Shown: positions 26,151 through 38,905 of the stretch, piece by piece
Position numbering within the stretch: the stretch's first letter is position 1
How the letters are laid out: each line of letters opens with the position of its first letter
NCBI RefSeq assembly: GCF_009914755.1
Contig: NC_060934.1
Length of the DNA stretch: 64,000 bases
Source of the DNA: the human T2T-CHM13v2.0 reference genome, Homo sapiens
Direction: 5' to 3' (one strand)
Program-made: the position numbers and the translations under genes
Notes under the pieces: model-generated
What the model was told of the DNA's origin: nothing
Database searches by the model: none
Seen by the model: the letters and a program-made list of their open reading frames with translations, nothing else

Positions 26151-26739
26151 GAAAATATAACTGCAGCACAATGCAGCAAGTGCTCCCAGGGGGCATGAAT
26201 AAACGCAGAGGGTAGGAGGCTGCTGGAGGAAGCTGCAAAAGGCCTTGGGACTCTTATGGGTGTGCCAGGGATGAGAGTGAACATACTGGGAAGGAGAAAC
26301 CTTGATGAGATGCACCTACAGGAGCTTACGGGGCACAGAAGATGCTCTACACAGACACACAATGGCACGTGGACACTGACTTAGAGAGAAAGGAAGCCTG
26401 TTTTGTAACTGTTAAATACATTCATGAGAGGACAAACTCTGGGATGAAATAGTTTTCAAAATAGTAAAATGAAGTTTTTCTAATTTAAATATCCATCATG
26501 ATGTTCTAGACTTCCTGCCTCTGAAAGCCCTTGTACTTCCATCCATCCCTTCTCCTTCCTGAGTCTTTAACCTGTCTACTAGATTCTTCCTTTAATGAGT
26601 CTGCAAAAGCCCACAACAAGAAAACCTCTCCGTACCCCCATCCCCTTCCTGATTCCTCCCATTATACTCTTCACCCTAACGTGAACCTCCTCCCCGGATC
26701 GCCTCTAAGAGCTGTCGACACTTCCCAACCTCCTATGCT

Positions 26740-27520
26740 TTCCTGACTGGTTCTGCTTCTGTTTCTCCACTTCTCTGACCAACGTCAACAATGATTTCCC
26801 TGTTGTGAGGTCAAATGGGCATCAAAAAGCCTCATCTTCCACAGATTCTCAGCTGCCTCCAGTCCTGCTAACGTCTCTCCTTCTTGTAACACTTTCTTCC
26901 CTCGGCTTTCATGATTCCATCATTTTCTCGTTTTCTTCTTACCTCTCCATCTTCTTCTCTTGACCCGACTTGGCCTCTCATCTTTCTCTTTTAAATGTTA
27001 AAGTGTCTTAAGACCCAGTTATTTCTCATATCTTGTTCTCTCCCACTAGGTGATCTTAACCTGCCTCGTCATCCATATTGGCGTCATGATCTAACCAAAA
27101 TCAGCTCACGGCCGAGCGTGAGTGTCTCGCTTCTGTAATCCCAGCACTTTGGGAAGTCAAGTCAGGAGCATCAGCGGATCACTTGAGGCCAGGAGTTGGA
27201 GACCAGCCTGGTCAACAGAGCGAGACCCTGTCTCTAAAATCTAATAAAAATAATAAATAAATAAATAAAAACAGTTCATGAGAAAGACTTTTTCCTTCTT
27301 CAGGGAGAGTCAGCCAGATTTGTCTTTTCTGAAACCCCACTGGAAGAATTAGATTAGTTCCCTTCCCTGAAAACCTTAAAAAAATCCCCTTCATAGATGT
27401 AAGCACTCTCATCTTCCATTAATGGTTTATCTGTCCTTTCCCTATTGGGGTTAAGTCATCTTCATTCTGAAAACTAACAAAGGCTCCATAGTAGATGCTC
27501 AATAAACACACAAATGGACT
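26740..27520 (+). mobile_element. L2 LINE fragment (RT region and 3' end), interrupted by FLAM
   Basis: ~26880-26950 translates LLVTLSSLGFHDSIIFSFSSYLS, resembling L2 RT; 3' end atagtagatgctcaataaa at ~27490. Confidence 0.8.
27110..27270 (+). mobile_element. FLAM-type Alu monomer
   Basis: Left-arm-only monomer ending gagaccctgtctcta with a (TAAA)n tail. Confidence 0.85.
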
Positions 27521-27689
27521 GAAGAGAGGATCATGATGGTAAAGCACTTGGGGCATCATTAGAAAGAATAAGGACTTACATATCCCAGACCTGAATAGGC
27601 CTTCTATAATTTCCCAGTGTCTTATTAAAACCTCAAGATATTTTCATAACATAAAAAGTAATTCTGACAACATTTTAGATCATGGAGCT

Positions 27690-27900
27690 AAGCATGCTTC
27701 TGTTGGTTGGAACCGTGGCTCTGCTGCTTACTGGCTGTGTGACTCTAGGAAAGTGCCTTCACATGTCTGAGCTACGGCTCTTCAACTACCAGATGAGTTC
27801 AATGGTAGCCCCCTCTTGGACTTTTTGAAAAAAACCAAATAGCGTATCTCACATCAAGTGCTAAGGGCAGTGTGTGGCACACAATAATAATTGAATAAAT
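27690..27900 (+). mobile_element. MIR SINE
   Basis: ggctctgctgcttactggctgtgtgactctaggaaagt...aagtgctaagggcagtgtgtggcacaca. Confidence 0.8.
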
Positions 27901-29109
27901 AATAGTGAAAACTCAGTCTCCAGGCAGTAAAATAAGGAAACAGTAGGAGAGAAAAACAGGGAAACAATTCAACACAGGTACTGCCCTACACCCAGACAAG
28001 GACAAAATAGTTTCATAAAATATAGGAAATGCCAAAAGGCTGTCTTAATTCCCACTAAGGAGCAATGGCTCACCCCACCTTCACACTGACCCAGCAATAA
28101 AGCCAGGAGACAGACTCACGCTGTGTTATAACCTAACCATATTATATCAGGCTTTTGTTATATGTAGTTGTTTAAGTGGATGCACAGCTTAACCTGTGGT
28201 AAATTTAAATCTGTTTAATGACTTGCATTATAACAAGCTTCTACATAAATAACAATTCCCAGGAGAGGAGGCCGTCTGGAGTCCCATTACTACCTCCTTC
28301 CTACTGATAACGCACAATGCAAACGGGATGAACTGGCTCACAGAGCGTTTATCAAACACACATTTGTGCACTGTGCAGTGCGGGGCACCCACCAAAATAT
28401 GGGGAAAATTCCCATTAATCCCAGCCACAGGCAGGCCTCCCATGCTACAAACATTTGCCCACAAGAGCAGAAAACCACAGCCTGCAAGTCAACTTTAGGC
28501 TGCCCATCTACCTAAGCCTAGGGCCAGGAATTAAGGAGAGGCACCTCGCTCGGCCCTGCACACAGATCAGCAGGAGGGCAGGGCTGGACACAGAAGTGGG
28601 GACCTCAGCCTCTGGCCAGGCCTCGGGACCCCTGCGGCATCAGTAGATTTCAGTGTAAATCTCTAAGAAACTCCTGACAGACAGGCCCCGGGACAGCCAT
28701 GCAATTACTGCTGATGGCCGACCTTCCACGAGGTACCTTTGAATTATAGGAATCTTATTAGAAGCCTCTGACCTCTTGAATTTGCGAGGTAGAAATCGCC
28801 TGAAAATCCAATACTCTTATTTATGCCAGCTCTGCAAAAAGGGAAAAAGTAACTATAAGCAGACAGATGGACAGACAGACATGCATCTGTGTTCAAAAGA
28901 CAAATGCTCTTCTTGCCCAGAGGGCTCCTCATACCATAGCTAGCTGGGTGCCCAAAGCCAACAGCCCTTCTGGTCTTTGATTCAGGCTCTGCAGAAAAAG
29001 TTTTAGTCCCCTGTTATTTCAGAGGAGTAGAGGGAATAAGCAAAACAAAGCAAACAAACAAGAGTTTCATCTGTACTTGTGCTGCTCCCCTCTCCCTTGG
29101 GCTTGGGAG

Positions 29110-29450
29110 AAGCCAGAAGAGTGGGGAGGGTGGAGTGAGAATGTCCCCACTGGGCTTCTAGAAGACAAGGAGGGGCGGGGCTTGTGCTGAATGGGTGGGG
29201 CATGCTAGGGAGGGTGGGGCCAGTGCAGGGGGAGGAGCTAGAATTTCCCAGGGCTAATTTAAGAGTGGTGAGCCATCCAGGGAAAGGGGTGGGACTAAGG
29301 CAATGGGCGTGGCCAACCGAGGAGGCAGAGGTAGTAAAGAGAGCCAACCGTTATAACTGAGGGAGGGCTTCTCAGACGTGGTTGGAGGAGAAGGGGTGGA
29401 GCTAGGAAAGAGGGACGGAGTTAATGTGGGAAGGAGGAGCAGGACCAAGG
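29110..29450. promoter_or_regulatory. G-rich SP/KLF motif cluster with a G-quadruplex consensus
   Basis: GGGGCGGGG at 29172, GGGTGGGG at 29193 and 29212, GGGCGTGGCC at 29305; five G3+ runs within 29193-29219. Confidence 0.45.
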
Positions 29451-31479
29451 AGGTATTTCACAATTTATCCTTTCAGTGGGGGGAATCTCATTTTTTTAAT
29501 TAAAAAAATTAATTAAGAAATTTTAAAGCCCTGGGGAAAGTGACCAGGCCACCTGGTGCCAACACATCACATGGCCTTTAATTTTCCTTTTCTGTATAAG
29601 CCACGCACTGATCCATTCAGAATTCCAGGTATGGGGGACTCCTGCCTCCAGCCTGGAGTACTCTGCTAGGAAGACCCTGATGACATCAGGCATCCCAGAA
29701 ACTCTGTCGTCTTGCTAACCTGCATCTAGTCAGTGTGTGTTATGAAAGCTGTTTAGGTTCAAGGGTGTTTCACTAGCACAGCTTACTGGGGACTGCATTT
29801 TCTCTGGGGTGCTTGGCAAGCTCTACATCAAAGCCTGATTGAGCAGAAAATATGTGCTAATGTTCACAGCAGTACTCTATTATAGTATAAGTGTGCTTGT
29901 AAATATTCACTACATGTTATTACGCCATTTGAACCAAGAATATTGGAAGGTGAAAGGTCGGCCTAATGCTCTCTCCGGAGGCAGCAGTTTTGAATATAAC
30001 CAAATGGGATAATGGTCGGGAATACCCAGAGGGGGCAATGGAACACGTCGTAAAGAATTGTGCTGTGAGTTTTAAGTTTTCAGGACAACAAAGATGCCAA
30101 GAGATGGCTCATAAGCAGTCATTATTAATGGAATGACAAGGCTAATGTTAAGCAGAATGTCTTTGCGACAATAAATCTTGTCCCTGCGCCATTAGTACTC
30201 CTTACAACTGCAAATAGCAGTTAGGTTATAACCTAACATGGCAGAATTTTATCCTCTCAATCTCTAATGTATTTTATAATGCTGTTAAAGTCAGGAATCG
30301 CAACTGTTTAAGCTCACTTAATCTAGGAGAAGTTTAAACACGAATTTTAAATGCAAAAACTGCTTTGATATTAGTTTTTCTTAATTAAAGAGGAGATCTT
30401 TATAAGAAGTAGATCTTTTTAAAAGTGCGTCAGCCTGTAGTAGATGGGCATTGTTGAATATTAAGTGCCATACTTTTATTCATACTCAACTTGGACTGCC
30501 CCGTGCGATAAGTCATATTTTTAAAAAAACGAAACGCATTACTTTTGTGGGAGAGCCAGGTCGCACATTTATTTGTTTAACTTCAAATGTACATTGTGTT
30601 CAAGCTCCTATTGGGAATGGATTAATCTTTTAAAATAACTTATTTGTATGCATTTTCCACACAGTTCCTTTTGAAATTATGTTCTAATGATTGCCCTGTC
30701 TTCCCATTTGACCTCCTTATATATAACAGAATACTTTGGAGAAAAAAATGATTATTAACCCCCGCTTTTTTATTTTTCCTTCTACATGACCAGAAGAACA
30801 CTGAGAACCAGAAATTAGTACTGAAACTGGAGAGCATCCCGAATGGAAACAGCAGCCACCATCCTCCACAGGGCCTGCCGGGACCACCCTGCAGGGTGGT
30901 GGCCTGGGAGAGGACCCCATGCCACAGCCAGGGCCCATGTGAGATGGTGTATAGAGGGACTGTGCTTTGGGGCTGCCATCACTGCAGATACCTGAGGGGA
31001 AGGCTCCAGCTCTTCTGTCCCCACCCCAGAATCTGCTGTGCACTGAAGGCAAAGGACTCTAGGGTGGCCTGACCCAGCCAGGGCTGTAGGGTGAAGCCCA
31101 CTTGCCTCCAGCTGCACAGTTGGCCACAGAACATCTGGGATACCTGGCCAAGCCTGGGAGGCAGCTCTCACCAATACCCTCCATGTGCCCTGTAGAATTT
31201 CCACCGTGTTCACTGAGAGCACTCTCCATCAGCAAAAAGGATCCATGGTGCTGCTCATTCTGGCCACTGGTCCCCACTCCTTATGAAGGCATCTCCCTCA
31301 GAACATGGTCTCCAAGGGCCCGAGGGTGTGTCCTCACAGAACATTCTGCACAGCATTGAGTAGCAGGTTGCTAAAGCTGGAAGCTCCTTGAAGCTTTTCC
31401 AGCGGCCCCTTTGGAGGAAATTCAGGGTCACTGATCAATTTCAGTTACTTCACAATACAAAACTTCAAGCTTGCTGCCT

Positions 31480-31660
31480 TGTTAACAACAATCGTCAACA
31501 CTTGTGTGTCTCTTCATGGCATACACATGCACTCTCACATCTATTACTTCATCCGTTTTCACAATCCATCTCGAGGATGAGGAAACTGAGGCAGGGAGGG
31601 GGCCTAGGCTTGAACCGTGGTCCTCTGAGTCTTAGTCTGACTCCCACCTCTGGATCCAAC
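31480..31660 (-). mobile_element. MIR SINE
   Basis: gatgaggaaactgaggca core at ~31576. Confidence 0.65.
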
Positions 31661-32192
31661 TGCTTCTCATCCTGTGTGGCATGAAGTATCACTGATTTCT
31701 AGATTGTAACATTGTAAAGTCGCTTTTAGATCCCTGCAACAATACTGTATTACCAATGTGAAGGAAATGGCACATTTTGATTGCTGTAATTCTTACGTTT
31801 TAAATAATCAACACAAAAATGTTTTCAATTCTTCTTGACATAAAATCTCCCCATATCTTTTGACTCTTCCATCAAACAACTGTTTTTAACCTTTTAGCCT
31901 AGAATAATAAAACTGGAAGGAGCTTAGGGCCACTATACAGGTAAGAAATTAAAATGCAAAAGGGAAGAAACATCTTTGATCCAGGGGTGAGGGAGGTCTA
32001 GTGCCCAAGTAAGTCCAGGATTCCACAAGCTCTGTGTTTGCTGAAGCATGTTAGTTCACTACCTGACCTGAACTTCTAATTCCTACAGGAGTCACAACAA
32101 GACAAGATCGGGCCAAATGGGCTGAAGTAAAAAGGTCTCCATGCGGGTTACATGAAAAAAGCAAGCTACAAACTATGCATAATGTACCCCCA

Positions 32193-32350
32193 TCACACAT
32201 GCACACATGAATGTCTACATGCACACATGCAGGTGCATGCATACACAGGCATGCATACATGCATGTGTGTATAAGTATACATGTGCACACATATAAACAT
32301 ATGCATACATACACCCACACATGCATACACCCCCACATGCACATGCACAC
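32193..32350. repeat. Alternating purine-pyrimidine (CA/TG/TA) low-complexity tract inside an L1ME remnant
   Basis: cacatgcacacatg...; nine CATGCA copies. Confidence 0.85.
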
Positions 32351-33339
32351 TATATTTCCAGGTGTGCATATATCTGGAAGAAGGGCACACAGAGAGCTGA
32401 TATCAGTGGTTCCCCTGGGGAAGGACACTGGGATAGACATGGGAGAGGCAAGGAATTTGACTTTACTTGATTGTTGAACATTCTTAAGTTTACAAGAATT
32501 TTTAAAAATTCTTATACAGATAAACATGGATCTTTTCAGATCACTGTTGCTGAAACGAATGAGAAGGGGCCTGGCTGGGCCTGAGTAGTATGACAAGTGC
32601 CCCCAAGTATCCTGCAGCCCTTGGATCTTTTCCTGGAAGATGCTATTTTCAAGTAACCTCGGAGCCTCATGCTGAGCCGATGAAACTTCAGGGCTGCAGG
32701 GTCAGAAGGAGAGAGCTCTCCCTTGGTTTTCAAAGGTTCCGGCTCTGCCCTGCACGGTGGGCATCACAGCAGGGCTCTGGGCCCCTCTGCCCAGGCCCGG
32801 GCTCCTCAGGCAGCCAGCTGAGCCCACACTCCTGGGAGCCGCCAGGGAGCCTGGCCTCTCCAGCAGCAGCTGGACGCTGAGAGGCTGCCCAGGCAGGCTC
32901 TGCCCAGCCAGGGTGGGAACTGCGATCCGCCACCCAGAGGGATGTGCTTTAATTGAAAATTTATGTTTAATTGAAGAGTCACCTGTTTCATGTGAGATCA
33001 GAGAGCAGGCTCCCCTCAGATTTGTAATGGGGACAAGAAGTATATCATTACATGTTTACTTTGTAAGGAAAGGAAGTTTCATATTTAATTCATACAAGGA
33101 TTCCTTGGCTAGGAAAGAAAGGTTTTTAAAAGCCAGGTTCACATGGCAGATATTTAAAACACCCAACATCTTTATTGCACAGGTTTCTGTTTTGTTGGCT
33201 CATATCCTTCTAAACTTGGCGGTCAACAGAAGGGAAAGCACTAGAAAGGCTGCATTGTCCTCAAATCATTTAAGAATTACTGTGAGCTTGAAAGCCAACT
33301 TAGAAATCAATGCCATTAGAAAAAAAGTGTGCAGAAATA

Positions 33340-34160
33340 CAATTAAGGGATAATAACTTTATTATATAAATAGCTCATACAAATGGGGAAGAAAAACATA
33401 AACATCCCAATAGATTAATGGGAAAGGGACAGAAACAAGCAATTCCAAGGGGATAGAATGCAAAGCATAATGCGACAAAAACCATTTAACCTCACGGTTA
33501 ATAATAAAATGAATATGAAACATGGCACCATTTTTGACCCATCCAACCAGCAGAAATTTTTAATGGTAATATCCAAAACTGAGATGGAGTGGTGAAATCG
33601 GAAATTCTCACATAGTGCTGGGGGCAGGAGAAACCAGCGCAGCACTTCTGGAAGAAAATTTGGCTGGGAGTAATGTAAGCCTTAAAATATTCATGTCGTT
33701 TGACCTCATAATTTTGTTCTGGGAATCTAACCAAAGAAAACGATCTAAATATATCAAACTTTATAAAGATGTTCAGAGAAGTGTTATTTATAATAACAAA
33801 AACTTTAAAACAGCCTAAATGTCAAAATAAATAAATAAATAAAAGAATGGCTAAGCAAATTACAGTTGTTGCATTTACTAGAATATTATGGAATCATTAC
33901 AAACTATACTTATACAGACTATATTATAATGTTTTTTGAACATTCTCATCAAAGGGAGAATTAAACAAATCGAAGTTTATATTCTGATTGATTACAATGA
34001 AAAAACAAACCTACAGGAAAGAATAAGTCTGAAAGAAAATGTGCTAATATATTAATTACATCTGGGAACAATGAATGATGTCAGTGCCTTTTTGCTTGTT
34101 TGCTTAGTTTCCAAAATACTCCTCATGACAGTGTATTACATTTTAAATAAATATAAAAAC
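33340..34160 (+). mobile_element. L1ME-type 3' region
   Basis: aacatcccaatagattaatggg...cacttctggaagaaaatttggc...acagcctaaatgtc...tttccaaaatactcctcatgacagtgtattac. Confidence 0.75.
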
Positions 34161-36217
34161 ACATTTTAATTGTTTTTCTACTTTAAAAAAAAAAAACCCT
34201 GGGAAGATAGATTGTAGTGGGAAGTTTCAGGTTAGCCCCTCGTTTTACCGGTCAGGGTATGGAAGCTAAGAGGCTCTGCAGTGCCCTAAACCACAGCACT
34301 AATTAGAGAATGGCACCTCTGTAGAATTTGTCACTCAGTATTTGTTAATTGTATCAACTCCCATTAATTAATTAATTCTAGAGGGATATTATTTTCTAAC
34401 TAGGAGCATGTCCTGGGGAAAATCACTACTTCTCTCTCTCACCCAACAAACATGCTTTGAGCCCTCTGCCGGAAAAACAGAGGAGCAAAGGCGGGATAAC
34501 AGGGCCACGCAGCAAGTGCCACAACACCCCACACGGGCAACCTTCGCTTCACTGATGAGCACTCAGAGAATGATTTTAAAGGAAAACATAACTTACTGGC
34601 TAAAAACTAAGTACCTGCCAGATAGTAGGAATTAATGGGATCATTTCATGAAATAAAAACTTCTACTTTGGTCAATGTAGCAAATTTCACTTGCAGACCT
34701 GTTTGAAAAATAAGCACATCTTCAGAATGGTCCAAACGTCAGTCAAAGATCCTGTCCACCTACACGTGGAGGAATCCACATGGTGGTCAGGACCTTGCGA
34801 CATGGGCAAGGAGGGTGACATGCGGCAGGGAGAATGCCACATCGGCTTCCTGCAGGGTGACAGGAACCCCTCCTTTGGGGCCCATTCCTCTGCATCCAGC
34901 CCCCTCCTCTCAGACACTGTATGGAGCCAAAGTCTGAAGCCTGGGGAGCCCCTTCCTGGCGGTGATTGTGCAGCTGATTCTGGACAAGCCACACAGTCTT
35001 GATCACTTTTTCAGAGCTTAACACCGCGAGAGTAATGCCACTGGATCTTATCAGCTCCACCGAAACCGCTTGCTGGTATAAAGATAAATTGGGACTACTA
35101 ATGCCTAGTGAATACATTACTCTATACTTCTTTTACTTAGTGAAACAGTTAATTAGTATCTACTCGAAAATTACTATCAATTACTAAAAATGACTACAAA
35201 TTACTAGCAAAATGGATAAATTTTCTCTCTACCACCAAAATAAATTCAATTACTAACTTTGAGTAATTGCGGGTAATTTATTTCTTGGAGGGCAGAGAGC
35301 TTATAGACAAACTGGAAGGAGATGATGAAGATACGCGGCGTGGCTGATTTATGAGGGGAACTTTAATAGCTAAATCTGGGTGGTTGAGCAAGAAAGCAGA
35401 AACACCGCCGCAAGATACCCACAAACAGCTGCCCAGCAAGCAGAGTCTCTCTGTGGCTTAGCCCAGGATTGGGGGAAGGCTGCGGTGCCGAGATCAATCT
35501 AATCAGGAGCTTTCTGCAAAAATACTTAGAGGTTTCCTTGATGGTGAAATCTGAGACCCTAATATGGTCTCCCAAAGGGAAGTTGTCAACACCCGAATCT
35601 TAAACAGGACAAAAGGAGAGAGAATACTTTGCAGAATGATTGCAGAGGTTTTCCTTAGAGGGAAAGGGAAGATTTAGATGCCAAGTTTTACACGATTTGT
35701 TCCCCTTCAGGTTTCAGCAAAAGAAAAATGTCTTCTGTCCCCCAAGCCTGACATAGGAGCAATCACAAAGACCAGCAGCTGCCAATAGTGGGGTTTGGTC
35801 CCTGCAGGAAGTTCACAGCCCTGTCCCTGCTACTTGGGCACCAGGGGGGTGCACAGATTGTGAGGTGGCCATGAACAGTCATCCTTTAAACTGGCACCTC
35901 CTGTCCACACTGGATGCGCCTACACCATCTTCACCCCCGGGAAGTCTCCGGCCCAGAGTGCTGCAGATGCCAGCTATTTCGGAAAAGCCGTGTAGAAAGC
36001 ACATTAGTGAGTACTGAATGACATCTGAATGATGCAGAAGATCATTACAAATGATGACTCGGATTTCCCAAGTCGGGGATGCAGTGAGGCATCATGGTGG
36101 TTTCAAGTCCAGTTGTCCAGAATTCCAAATCTTCCAAACTGTGTGACTTACAGCAAAACACTTAGCCAAGCTCAGTCTGTCTCTTCATCTGTAAAACAAA
36201 ACTCAAAATATGACTTC

Positions 36218-36748
36218 AGATTAAACAAATTGTGGTACATTCATACAGTGAAATAGTGGTCAGCAATAAAAAAACAAATGAGATTTTGCTCCATGAAAAG
36301 ACACGGAGGAAACTTATATATAAATCAGGCGGCGAAAGAAGACGAGGTACTGCACGATTCCAGCCATGTGACATCCTAGAGAGGGTAAAACTATGGGGTC
36401 AGGAAACAGATGAGCAGCCAGAGTACGGGAGAAGGAGGGATGGGTAGGCGGAGCACGGGATTTGGTAGGCAATGAAACTATTGTGTATGAGACTGTGATG
36501 ACGGATACGTGATGTCACACATAGGTGCAAACCCGTAGAAGGTGCATCACCAAGAGCAAGCCCTAATGGAAACTCTGGACGTTAGTTACCATTAAGGCAC
36601 CAATATTGGTTCATCCACTGTAATGGATGCACCACACTGATGCAAGATGTTCACAGTATGTGTGAGGAGGGACAGCCTGTGCAGGAACTCTATACTTTCC
36701 ACTCAGTGTTCCTAAATGGAAAATTGCCCTGAAAAATAAAATCTAAAA
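36218..36748 (+). mobile_element. L1MC-type 3' end inserted into a MIR
   Basis: ccatgaaaagacacggaggaaactta...caatattggttcatc...caccacactgatgcaagatgtt...aaaaataaaatcta; MIR halves at ~36060-36210 and ~36750-36820. Confidence 0.85.
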
Positions 36749-38739
36749 TGCAAACAGCTACTTCACAGGGCTGCTCTCAGCACCAAGGGAGGCAGAGTCA
36801 TAACTTGGAAATGGCACAGGCAGAAGTCAAAGTGACTTAGCCTGGACCTGGGCTTGGCCCTGGTGTTCAAGCCACACACAATGTGGGATTTCCATGCCCA
36901 TCCTCACCCCCTTACGGGTCTGCATGGTGACAGGGTCAGTTCAGCAGTCAGTAAGAACAGACCGTGGCCCCAAGAACGACATCCTCAAATCCCACATGCG
37001 AGCAGCACGTCCCTTCCCTGGGGAGTCCCCCAAGAGGCCAGGGCTGGAGGGTTGGTGGCAAAGGCGAGTTAGTGGATGACGAGGAACCTTGGTTCACTGT
37101 CTGTGCCACCAAAACACAGTCGGTCCACTTCCGGGAGTCCAGGCCTCCCTCCAGGACCAACCACTGGGCCTGTCGTCTCGGAGGCCTTTCTCACTTCTCA
37201 AAGCTTGGCCGGTTTCTCTCCCAGGGAGCCAATGCACTGGGACACTTTGGTGTGTGAGCAGCTCCTCCTAATGCCCTCTGCTTTCTGTTCACACTGGTTT
37301 AGGCATTCAGTCATAATGTCACAGCATCCCGGATGAGGACGCTCCTGCCAGGCCCCCGTCGGCGGGGAAATTCCTTGAAGCATTAAAACCACGCATAAGA
37401 GGAATCTCTGTCCCTTTCACCATGTTGGAGGCTCAAGATGCACAGTAATGTATTCCTGAGAGCCATATTTACCATCCTGAGTGGGGTAGTCAAGGACAAG
37501 GATGGCAGGCCGCATTTCTAGGGCCAGAAAGAGAGGTGTCTTTATATCCCACATAGAGGGTAATGCCAGGCTGAGCTCACAGCAACCACACATGCAGGTC
37601 ATAAAGAGATGCAATGCAGAGGGCATCCCAGAGGTGGCTTGGGGACGGGCTGAGGACATCGTTTAATAATATGGAATGGGGCTTTTGTTCATTTATCTTA
37701 GATTCATGCCCACAACCGAGACAGAAGAGTGAGTTCTTTTGCCAAGAGAAAGAGCAGCCTCCTGTCTATGTAGCCTGAGAGACCCATACAAACACGGTGG
37801 GCCCGCCCGCTCCGTGCTGCTTTGGGGCTGGATCAAGTCCCCAAGGTGAGTAGTTTCCGTAACTCCAATGAAGACATCCTAAGGTTTTGTACCATGTCAT
37901 ACAATATCAATTTAACATTGGTGCTTCTGAAAAATGCTACCACCATCTGGAAAAATCAACCCAGACTACTTCCATGTAACTTGCAAAGGCATTTAAATTG
38001 GCTCTGAATACAGCCTTAAAGCAGGTTGACAGACACCCTCTGCCAACAGTTTAGTTTTGACTTCACATTGCAATTATACTCTGCAATGGAGAGGAATATG
38101 CTCAGGTGGAGTCAATCTTGGGTTGTTAGTCTAACAGTGTGAGCTGTACAGAATTTGCTGAGAACGTGTTAATAAAAACTCAAAAATAAAGAAAGTACCA
38201 CATTAGCAGATTCAAGCCGCCCTCTAAGAGGTCCGGGCTTTGCTCTGGTGTGGGCTAACAGGAGCCTGTAAACAGGCTCCCTCTCGGCAGAGGGAGAGAG
38301 GCTGGGCTCCTGCGGCCCCACCTCACCAGCTTTTACAGCTGCATGCCCTGCTGCGGTGGAGCATGGGACTGGTCCCTGCACCTGTGCAGAGCAGGGGCTG
38401 ACTTGGGCATGTGGCAGCTGCTACCTGTTTCCATACCCAGAACTGGCCATGGTGGTGTTGCCCGTGGATCCAGCATGGAGCAGGCCTGAGTCCCCTTCCT
38501 CTTGCAGTGGAGTGAGGAGCCCACTGTGCCCCCATCCTGGTGCCCTTGGAGCAGGGGCTGGGGGTTCCCAATGGACTGAGGCCCTTGGCACCCTCTCCAG
38601 GCCACTCCCTCACTGCCATTGGGCCACTGGGCCCTTGTCAGGGCTGGTCCTTTGGTGCTGGCGTCTGGTGTCTTCTCTTCCTCTCCAGTTCCCCAAAGGG
38701 TCAAGAGCTTGACCTTCTTGGCTAACTTCTCCCAGCCCA

Positions 38740-38905
38740 TGGCCAGATAAACACAGGACACCAGTCAAGTCTGAATCCCAAATAAAAGTTTATTATATGT
38801 ATGCCCCAGTACTTTAGTTAAAGTATCTAGGACATACTTATGCTAAAGAAACTTCTCACTGGTCTGAAACTCACAGAAACTATCCTATATTGTTTTTGAA
38901 ATCCA
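38740..38905. mobile_element. MER53 palindromic hAT MITE
   Basis: gccagataaacacaggacaccagt...ggacatacttatgctaaa...tctgaaactca. Confidence 0.75.

Noticed and set aside
29545-29562. CTCF-like motifs here and near 35838 and 41198
   Set aside because: Each has mismatches at core positions and cannot be supported without PWM scoring or ChIP data.
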